Sequence record: NC_070950.1
Length of the DNA stretch: 64,000 bases
Reading direction: 5' to 3' (one strand)
The position numbers and the translations under genes are program-made. Below are positions 57,111 through 64,000 of this stretch, one piece after another. Below the pieces are notes generated by a model. That model was not told the DNA's origin and searched no databases. It saw only the letters and a program-made list of their open reading frames with translations. Every line of letters begins with the position of its first letter. Positions within the stretch are counted from its first letter, which is position 1.

Positions 57111-57851
57111 ATGAGTGATTTCAACAACGGTAACAATGGTAACTCCCGTCCCAAAACTCCACTGAACGATTATCGTTACCCGCACCCTAAAACCAAAGAA
57201 CCTCTTCCGGGCGGCAAATACCCTGCGCAAGCGTACTGGGAACTGACCGCCGCTGGTAAGGTCGTTTTCAAAGTACAAGACGGTGTGTTCGGCGGCGGCG
57301 ATAACGCGTACAAGAAAAAAGAAATTGAAATGATCGCGTTCGAGCGCAATGCCATCTTCCAGCTTCTGAGAGAAGCAGCGACCGATCCCAATTTCACCAA
57401 ATCCCAATACACTGTTCGTGATCGCCAATTCATTCGTGAAGGTGGTCAGGCTAAGATGTCCGACAACCCGATGACCATCGGTGTGTTTACCGTCATCCGC
57501 GATTCGAACGGTGTTGTTCAGCTCGGATTCAGCAAGTCTGATTTCAAAGCTCTGTTCGTTTTCGACAATGCCCGCGAATCCACTCTGGTCGATTTTGTCG
57601 ACGGCGAATTCAAACCGGCTCACGCTCGCATGAGTCGTCTGTATGTCCTCGGTTATCTTTCGGCCGTGGAAGGCTGGCTGAACGCTGCTGAGTTCTCTCG
57701 CTACCAACCGCCTAAACCGAAAAATGGTGGTAACGGCGGCGGTGGCTGGAACAACAATAACGGTGGCAACCGCGGTAATGGCGGCGGTAACAGCTGGGGC
57801 GGTGGTGGCAACGCACCGGCCGATGACTTCGCGGAAGACATTCCGTTCTAA
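57111..57851 (+). CDS. Nucleic-acid-binding protein, ChmC-like (phiKZ gp67 position), with an SSB-like acidic tail
   Basis: Synteny upstream of the gp68-like gene; G/N-rich disordered C-terminus ending DDFAEDIPF. Confidence 0.6.
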   Translation: MSDFNNGNNGNSRPKTPLNDYRYPHPKTKEPLPGGKYPAQAYWELTAAGKVVFKVQDGVFGGGDNAYKKKEIEMIAFERNAIFQLLREAATDPNFTKSQYTVRDRQFIREGGQAKMSDNPMTIGVFTVIRDSNGVVQLGFSKSDFKALFVFDNARESTLVDFVDGEFKPAHARMSRLYVLGYLSAVEGWLNAAEFSRYQPPKPKNGGNGGGGWNNNNGGNRGNGGGNSWGGGGNAPADDFAEDIPF

Positions 57852-57865
57852 AAACAAAGATACTC

Positions 57866-57900
57866 TCTCCTACTCCCTAGGGAGTAGGAGATTACTTTTC
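57866..57900 (+). terminator. Intrinsic terminator
   Basis: TCTCCTACTCCC-TA-GGGAGTAGGAGA. Confidence 0.75.
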
Positions 57901-57969
57901 GTTATAATTTTTTAGCACTATATTATTTACTGGTAAACCCCGGCTATAAAAATTATTGGGAGTAATAAC

Positions 57970-59556
57970 GTGGAATTTAAACTCAGTTTAAAACAGAGTG
58001 GGAAAAGTCCATTTGCTGGAGTTATTGCGCAATATGGCGAAAGCATTATCGAGTTCAAAGGCAGTGGCAGATTAAATTGTGGTACGATTTACGATGATCT
58101 TTTCTTTTCTTTTAACGAATACGTCGGGCATTTAGAAGAAAAGAATAAGGCCCGTTTATGGGAACTGATGGTTGCGGGTAAGACCATTTTGGATCCTTCT
58201 TATTTCGACATTGATAACGTCGACGAAGAACTGATGTTGAACAACCGGGATTATAATTTCCTCGTTAAGAAACTCAAGCCCATCGTCGCTGAAATCTTCG
58301 ATGTGTTGAAAATGAAGAACTACGAGTACTTCATGGAACAGTCCGGGTATATCGATCCACCTAAAGATCTTACCTCGATGTCTGGTCTTGGAGAGTATCC
58401 GGCCGAGACAACTATCACCGCCGAAGATTATCGTAATCTGGCGGCGTTGGTTTTAGGTTTACGCGGTCCACTCCCCATCATCACCGAGATGATTTATAAA
58501 GTCGAGAGCATCGCTGGTAAAGCATATAAGGAAGTCGTAGCTGGAGATCTGATAAACGATATCGAGTGGGTCAAGCAACACGTCGGCTGGAATCGTTTAA
58601 ACGAGTATATCTCTTTTACTTATAGTGCGAAGGGAAGGGGACCTAATGGGCTGAGAATAGATATCGTCAGTGACGATCGTTTCACTACTCATGTCGTCTA
58701 TAAGGCGTTGTTCGGGCGTTTATGTTTAAGTCACGTGCCCAGCAAAGATCCACGAAAGAATTTGGTTAAATCGCTTTATTCTATCGTCAACCAATCCGAC
58801 AAAGTTCCTAGTAGTGTAAGGGAAAAGAAAGGAGGGGGTAAAGACGAGAGTAACGATAGAAGGAGTTCTTACGAGATCTATCAGTTGCGAGAAGAAGTGA
58901 ACGCAACCGATGAAGCGGCTGTGGCCGAGTTCTTTACTTTCGGTATGTTTGATGAAGATGACAATCCGATTTATAAAGATCGATTCGTACATCAGTGTAA
59001 CGGTTTGAACATAGCTGATCCTAACAAAGCAGAAATTCTACATGATCTTCTGCCGGATAACTGGGATTATGAACCGAGACAGCATATCGTTAAATTGTGT
59101 CAGATGGCTTTCTCTGACGACATTCCCTTTAACATTTATTATGCGTTGGATTATCATCAATTGATGTCGGCCATTGTTTTGGCTCAGTTAAAGCTACATC
59201 AAATGGGATATCCTCACCTCGCGGTATTGTTAACGTCAGTTGAGGATCCTGAAGGTGAGCGAATCAACGCAGACGTAATCTTCTCTTTAAACCAAACAGA
59301 ACGTCAACGTATCGAATCGTTATGTGATGTAGTTAAAGGAGACGGGGCCACATCAACTAATAACGAAGCAGTATCAGCGGCACTTGAGTTCTTTAAGGAA
59401 CTCGGTAACAGTGCATGGCAGTCAACCATAGAGCTTGGCCTTATCGATGACGATAAAGCTTTAGAAAGTGCACCACGTGGTTTTTTATACGAAGTCAATT
59501 TGGATATTCAGATTAAAGAAGAGTTCATTCGTCTTTATGAAGAAATCAACAGTTAA
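57970..59556 (+). CDS. Non-virion RNAP specificity subunit (phiKZ gp68-like)
   Basis: 528 aa; size and synteny only; promoter-like motif at 57910-57927. Confidence 0.6.
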   Translation: MEFKLSLKQSGKSPFAGVIAQYGESIIEFKGSGRLNCGTIYDDLFFSFNEYVGHLEEKNKARLWELMVAGKTILDPSYFDIDNVDEELMLNNRDYNFLVKKLKPIVAEIFDVLKMKNYEYFMEQSGYIDPPKDLTSMSGLGEYPAETTITAEDYRNLAALVLGLRGPLPIITEMIYKVESIAGKAYKEVVAGDLINDIEWVKQHVGWNRLNEYISFTYSAKGRGPNGLRIDIVSDDRFTTHVVYKALFGRLCLSHVPSKDPRKNLVKSLYSIVNQSDKVPSSVREKKGGGKDESNDRRSSYEIYQLREEVNATDEAAVAEFFTFGMFDEDDNPIYKDRFVHQCNGLNIADPNKAEILHDLLPDNWDYEPRQHIVKLCQMAFSDDIPFNIYYALDYHQLMSAIVLAQLKLHQMGYPHLAVLLTSVEDPEGERINADVIFSLNQTERQRIESLCDVVKGDGATSTNNEAVSAALEFFKELGNSAWQSTIELGLIDDDKALESAPRGFLYEVNLDIQIKEEFIRLYEEINS

Positions 59557-59589
59557 CATCCCCCATTAATCTTTTTAGGAATAATTATC

Positions 59590-61062
59590 ATGTCTACTGA
59601 AGGCAAAATCTATCTGGTCCGTGCGCGTTTTGGTTTGGCCAACATCTATCAAAATCAGGTGAATAGAACACAGAGCATGAGTATCAACTCCCAAGATGTC
59701 GATCTGCTCAACGTTTCAAAAATTAATGGTCGGGTTAGCCAGAACACATTGCACGAAATCGGTGTGCGGACAGGCGGAGTATCCACTCAGGCCGACGGTT
59801 ACGCATTTATCGAAGATGGTTGGGATGCACCCCGTCGTGGTCTGGCGATGCTTGAATTCGAAATTGAATCAGCGATGAACGTCGAAGAAAAACTTCATAT
59901 CCTCGGTTATTTAGCTGGCGGTAGTGCGTCTGTTGATGAAGGTGTTCCGGAAGACGTTATGTTTGTCCCGGTGCGTAATTGGGTGGTTAACAAAACCATG
60001 CAAATGTTACACACCGGCATGATGAAGTCCACAAGTAATTTGACAAGTGCGTCTCAGGTCCTTTTAAACAACCCGATGGCTTCAGGTGGTTCGTTCGCTA
60101 TTCGTCCTCTGGATATTGTTGACGGCGCCTCAGGTATGGTCGCTGATGACGTCCAGGACCAATCGATGAATGGCGGGATGGAATCCCAGTATGTCGGAAC
60201 CAGTAACTCCATTCTTCAGCATAATGGCGCCGCTTACTCTAAAGCCAAAAACCAATCTCCGGGGGAATACGCGAAACAATTGCTCAAGTCGAGTTTACGA
60301 GCCGGGTCCTCTATGGAGACTTCTCGTGATCCGTATGGATCCATGGGTGATGCATGCATGGACCCTGGTCTGAGCGAGACGGCCCTGCATCGAGACCCGT
60401 TCTTTAAAACCATGCGTCATGCGTTAGGCATGGGTCAGATGCAAGGATTCCAAGGTTTCTCCGTGGGTCAGATCGCATACGTCTTTGAGAATCTTCCTGA
60501 CGTTATGGACCTCAGTACATGTGACGACAATCGTTTCCAGATAGAGGACCATCGACTGACGACGAATGAACTGGGGTCGTCTAACTATAACGAAATCATC
60601 GGCAATGAGTTGAGTAGCCTGGCGCAGTATATCCTCGTTGAATCAGAGTTGGGTTATCTGGACATCGTAGCAACTAACAATGTCCAGAATTCCGTCGATA
60701 GCATCAATGGAATGCCGGTAGGTTTCATTGTGGGGGAATCCGGGCTATTGGTTGATGGGCTGGAAGGTTCTTTGGAGGAACGTGTAGAGAAAGCAAAAGA
60801 GCTCTTCTTGAGCCATTTCTTCTTGAAGTACGCTACTCCGTATCTGCATGATCGCACTTTGATCAGCTTCCGTATGACGATGCGTCTCTTCGGCGAAACT
60901 GTTATCGAGATCTTCACTAATGGTGATGAAAGCAACAAACGCCGTATCGCTTTCCCGACCTTCTCGACTAACCGAACCGACCTGACTCTGGCGTCTATGG
61001 AATCTGCGGTTAACACCGGCACGACTTTCTTCCGTAACCTGAAAGACTATTTTAACTTTTAA
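59590..61062 (+). CDS. Nuclear import factor PicA/Imp1-like (phiKZ gp69 position)
   Basis: 490 aa; conserved synteny after the gp68-like gene. Confidence 0.55.
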   Translation: MSTEGKIYLVRARFGLANIYQNQVNRTQSMSINSQDVDLLNVSKINGRVSQNTLHEIGVRTGGVSTQADGYAFIEDGWDAPRRGLAMLEFEIESAMNVEEKLHILGYLAGGSASVDEGVPEDVMFVPVRNWVVNKTMQMLHTGMMKSTSNLTSASQVLLNNPMASGGSFAIRPLDIVDGASGMVADDVQDQSMNGGMESQYVGTSNSILQHNGAAYSKAKNQSPGEYAKQLLKSSLRAGSSMETSRDPYGSMGDACMDPGLSETALHRDPFFKTMRHALGMGQMQGFQGFSVGQIAYVFENLPDVMDLSTCDDNRFQIEDHRLTTNELGSSNYNEIIGNELSSLAQYILVESELGYLDIVATNNVQNSVDSINGMPVGFIVGESGLLVDGLEGSLEERVEKAKELFLSHFFLKYATPYLHDRTLISFRMTMRLFGETVIEIFTNGDESNKRRIAFPTFSTNRTDLTLASMESAVNTGTTFFRNLKDYFNF

Positions 61063-61077
61063 TAGGAACGTTTAATA

Positions 61078-62466
61078 ATGAATAACCTGAACAAACTTTA
61101 TCTGTCCATGCTGGAAGCTTGGGGTGCTAAAATGGAACCCGATCATAGTCTGGTTATGGTTCTGGATGGAGAGAAGTACCCTATTAAGGTTGATGGAATG
61201 AATGTCTATCTCCCGGTAGACACTGTTCTGGATGGTAACACCATGGATAAAGTTTTCTTCCATCCGGCCTGCGAAAGTATTATCAGCCGTGAAACCGAGA
61301 TCTTTAAAGTCATTCGTAAACTGACCGGCATGAAGCTTCTGGATACCTTTAAAAAGCTCCCCCTGGTTCTGTTCAATATCGCGTCAAAACGTTCCAACAA
61401 AAATCTGCGTAGTGATCTGGTTGATATCATCGATCCGTTACGCGACGTCAAAGAAGCAACGCGTAAAGAAGTAATGAATCTGTTTGAACAAATGCGCGTC
61501 GATCTCGAAGAGAACGCAACTGTCGACAATCGTTTCATTCACTTCCAAACAACACGCGGCGGCCGTAGCAAAGTAGGCGGGGAAAAGATCTGTTATAAAG
61601 CTAAACCTATTTTCCCGTTCTATTCGGAAATGGCGAAAAAGCTGAATCGCAGTGAAGGTCTTCCGGATAACCAATCTGTTGATGTTAACGGATGTCAGAT
61701 TAGTGTGGGCGGGCTCCGGATCGCCGTGGGTATCTTTAAAGCAGTGTTCCCGGAAATCGATACACCGGACTTCTACGAGTTCGAATATCATCATCCGGAT
61801 GCCGCTCGTCTCTGCGCGTTCTCTGGGGCGTATGTCAACGTGGCTGAATCCATCAACTCTCTGCAGAACTCGTTCCGTACTGAGTTCGATAAGGTTGGAG
61901 TGTATGGGTTGGAAGTGGGCTTCTTTGAGAAGATGGATAATATCTCCGAATTCTACAAACAAGTTCCTGCCATGAACTATAACTCCCAGAATACGGTGGC
62001 GGATAGTTCATCAGGTAAATCACATTTGATCGACCAGGTGATCAACACTCAGTCGGTGATTAGCCAGAATCAGCCGCAGCAGAATCCCCAACAACATATC
62101 GGTGGCGACAGCAACAACGGGTTCCGTTCTGTTGTAGAAGCCAGTATGCAGCCTGGTGAAGTTTATCAGGGTTGGTATTACGACCAGAACACATCGTTCT
62201 ATATCCACACCACGATGTCTACTGCCGGTCAGGTAAGCTATCGGATAACTCGCGCCGGTAACTTACTCAGCCGAGAATATAACGGGGTACCTCAGCAGCA
62301 AGGGATGTATCCGGGATACGGTCAGTATTATCAGCAGCAGTATATGCAACCTATCGCTTACGCTAACGTAGGTGCGCCTCAGCAACAATATGTGGTGGCG
62401 ACTCCTCAGATGCAGCCGTCGGTTGTGAACACTGGTTATCAGCAGCCGTCCATTGTGACTTTCTAA
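61078..62466 (+). CDS. Conserved protein (phiKZ gp70 position) with a Q/Y/P-rich C-terminus
   Basis: FFHPACE motif; synteny. Confidence 0.55.
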   Translation: MNNLNKLYLSMLEAWGAKMEPDHSLVMVLDGEKYPIKVDGMNVYLPVDTVLDGNTMDKVFFHPACESIISRETEIFKVIRKLTGMKLLDTFKKLPLVLFNIASKRSNKNLRSDLVDIIDPLRDVKEATRKEVMNLFEQMRVDLEENATVDNRFIHFQTTRGGRSKVGGEKICYKAKPIFPFYSEMAKKLNRSEGLPDNQSVDVNGCQISVGGLRIAVGIFKAVFPEIDTPDFYEFEYHHPDAARLCAFSGAYVNVAESINSLQNSFRTEFDKVGVYGLEVGFFEKMDNISEFYKQVPAMNYNSQNTVADSSSGKSHLIDQVINTQSVISQNQPQQNPQQHIGGDSNNGFRSVVEASMQPGEVYQGWYYDQNTSFYIHTTMSTAGQVSYRITRAGNLLSREYNGVPQQQGMYPGYGQYYQQQYMQPIAYANVGAPQQQYVVATPQMQPSVVNTGYQQPSIVTF

Positions 62467-62477
62467 CTTAACCTGTG

Positions 62478-62512
62478 TAGTGAATGGGGAAATCCCCATT
62501 CACTATTTTTTT
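62478..62512 (+). terminator. Intrinsic terminator
   Basis: TAGTGAATGGGG-AAAT-CCCCATTCACTA followed by a T run. Confidence 0.85.
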
Positions 62513-62522
62513 GGGATAAAAT

Positions 62523-62873
62523 ATGCGATCTGTCGTTTTAACTAAAGATTATTTGCTTTACTGGGAAAAGCAAAACCGCATTACGGTCAGAAATATTGTA
62601 AATCTCCTCAACGTTAAACCAGTTTACGGGGAGCTTTTATCGGATCTTCATACCAGAGTGGATTCAGAAAGACTCACCGTTGAATTTCGTAACGTCGTGG
62701 CGAAGTTTGAAAGATTTAAACTAACTCCCCAATTGAATATTGAAGCGGACGTTTCTTTCATGGGAAGCCTAAAAGAAAACACGCCTCCCTCCTCCGACGT
62801 GGTTTACCACGCCAGAGGATTTTTAATGGGAGACCGTTTAAACGTTGTTGCTATTGACGTTTCGTTGAAATAA
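62523..62873 (+). CDS. Hypothetical protein
   Basis: 116 aa. Confidence 0.6.
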   Translation: MRSVVLTKDYLLYWEKQNRITVRNIVNLLNVKPVYGELLSDLHTRVDSERLTVEFRNVVAKFERFKLTPQLNIEADVSFMGSLKENTPPSSDVVYHARGFLMGDRLNVVAIDVSLK

Positions 62874-62907
62874 ATTAAAACTACACATTGTATCTTAAGC
62901 GACTATG

Positions 62908-63231
62908 CTAACTTAACCTCTGAGTGTTGGCTTTGGAAATTAAGTTGTCGACGATTTGCTGGTCGACATAAAGAAACGTAGTCATTCCACTAACGTCTTG
63001 ACTTGGATCCGTGATTTTATTTAAAAAACAAGTTATCCATCTCATTTCAATGGGTATGTTGTGCGCTCTCAAAACACGACTAAAATCGTACTTGTGTGCA
63101 TTAAGAAAACTTCTATCGGAGATAACCTGGGTCTTAGCCATGGAAGTTAAATAATCAATGTTGCTGCGTAATAAGACCTTGGTATCCTCGGAGAAGTAAA
63201 CGTCATCAACGGTGACAAAATTACTGAACAT
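62908..63231 (-). CDS. Hypothetical protein
   Basis: 107 aa, SD AGGAG on the minus strand. Confidence 0.65.
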   Translation of the reverse strand: MFSNFVTVDDVYFSEDTKVLLRSNIDYLTSMAKTQVISDRSFLNAHKYDFSRVLRAHNIPIEMRWITCFLNKITDPSQDVSGMTTFLYVDQQIVDNLISKANTQRLS

Positions 63232-63306
63232 AAGCTAACTCCTTTAAGACCTATATCATCGCGATGTACCACAACTTTAGGAATAATAACGATAGAGGCA
63301 CGTTTC

Positions 63307-64000
63307 ATGGTAGAAAAATTTGTCTATAAGAAACCCACAAACCAGCTTAAACCAGAGTTGATGTCTATCAATATTAACTTGAACTCATTTCCCTGGTCGG
63401 TTTCATCGTCACGTCAATATATGTTGGGTGGTAACGTAGCTAAAGCGGTTTCCGTACAAGGTGCGTCGACAAGACGCAATCCTACCGGCTTCGAACCAGA
63501 ATATGCTAAGTACGCTCGTAAAGTCGTAGCGCCGTCAAACATGACTGTAGAGAGAACATTTTATCAGCGATCTCTACAACCCGGTAGCAATCTTGCAGAT
63601 GATTGGGCGGAGATCCACGTTATCTTCTTTAATGAAGAACACCAGCTTTATGATCTCTTAACTATTCCACGATTTAATACGCAGAATACTTATGTTGGGT
63701 TTGAGTACAAACTTAACAAGGATAACCTTCGTAAACTCAGTACAGAATCACCGACCTTTAAGAAAGGCGATGTGTTTGCGTATTCTCCAAATATCAGCGA
63801 TACTGGAGAGTGGATGTTTGGTACTGAGGCGATGGTTTGTGGGATGACCGCACCTTATACCGAAGAAGACGGCATTGCTATTACTGAGAGTTTTGCTCGT
63901 AAGCTGACCAGCATCTTCCAACATTCTCGTAAGTTCTCCTGGAACGAAGCAGAGTACGTGCCGCTGAATCTTTATGGAACATTAGATTCTCCACGGCCTT
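63307..64000 (+). CDS. Non-virion RNAP beta subunit (phiKZ gp71-73-like), partial
   Basis: Not in the ORF track; MVEKFVY... with SSSRQYM and EEDGIAITESFA beta motifs; open to the window end. Confidence 0.85.
   Translation, partial: MVEKFVYKKPTNQLKPELMSININLNSFPWSVSSSRQYMLGGNVAKAVSVQGASTRRNPTGFEPEYAKYARKVVAPSNMTVERTFYQRSLQPGSNLADDWAEIHVIFFNEEHQLYDLLTIPRFNTQNTYVGFEYKLNKDNLRKLSTESPTFKKGDVFAYSPNISDTGEWMFGTEAMVCGMTAPYTEEDGIAITESFARKLTSIFQHSRKFSWNEAEYVPLNLYGTLDSPRP

Noticed and set aside
57720-57815. GGTGGC/AAC microsatellite-like tract
   Set aside because: It encodes the Gly/Asn linker of the ChmC-like protein and is not a separate repeat element.

Overview
A 64-kb segment of a nucleus-forming jumbo phage (phiKZ-like, Chimalliviridae). 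Assignments come from recognisable motifs, remembered family features and phiKZ-type gene order; no database search was run. Left to right: a partial large tail protein (minus strand, absent from the ORF track); virion RNA polymerase beta' and beta subunits; endolysin; prohead protease; small accessory genes; tail tube and sheath; baseplate-region genes; and large terminase with a class-3-type LAGLIDADG intein. Next come an accessory cluster with thymidylate kinase and an approximately 3.4-kb mostly non-coding interval. After it are PhuZ tubulin, a family-B DNA polymerase, chimallin, non-virion RNAP beta' split by a group I intron carrying an HNH endonuclease, a solo TnpB with a likely omegaRNA, an SbcD-like nuclease, and the ChmC / gp68 / PicA / nvRNAP-beta block (partial). 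The most striking unannotated signals are: (1) a canonical type I hammerhead ribozyme at 36404-36477 directly upstream of an approximately 650-nt highly structured, apparently non-coding RNA; (2) an origin-like AT core bracketed by alternating purine-pyrimidine inverted repeats about 1.4 kb upstream of it; and (3) a free-standing 46-aa peptide ending in the redox-active C-terminal tail of ribonucleotide reductase alpha. No tRNA, rRNA or CRISPR array was recognised.
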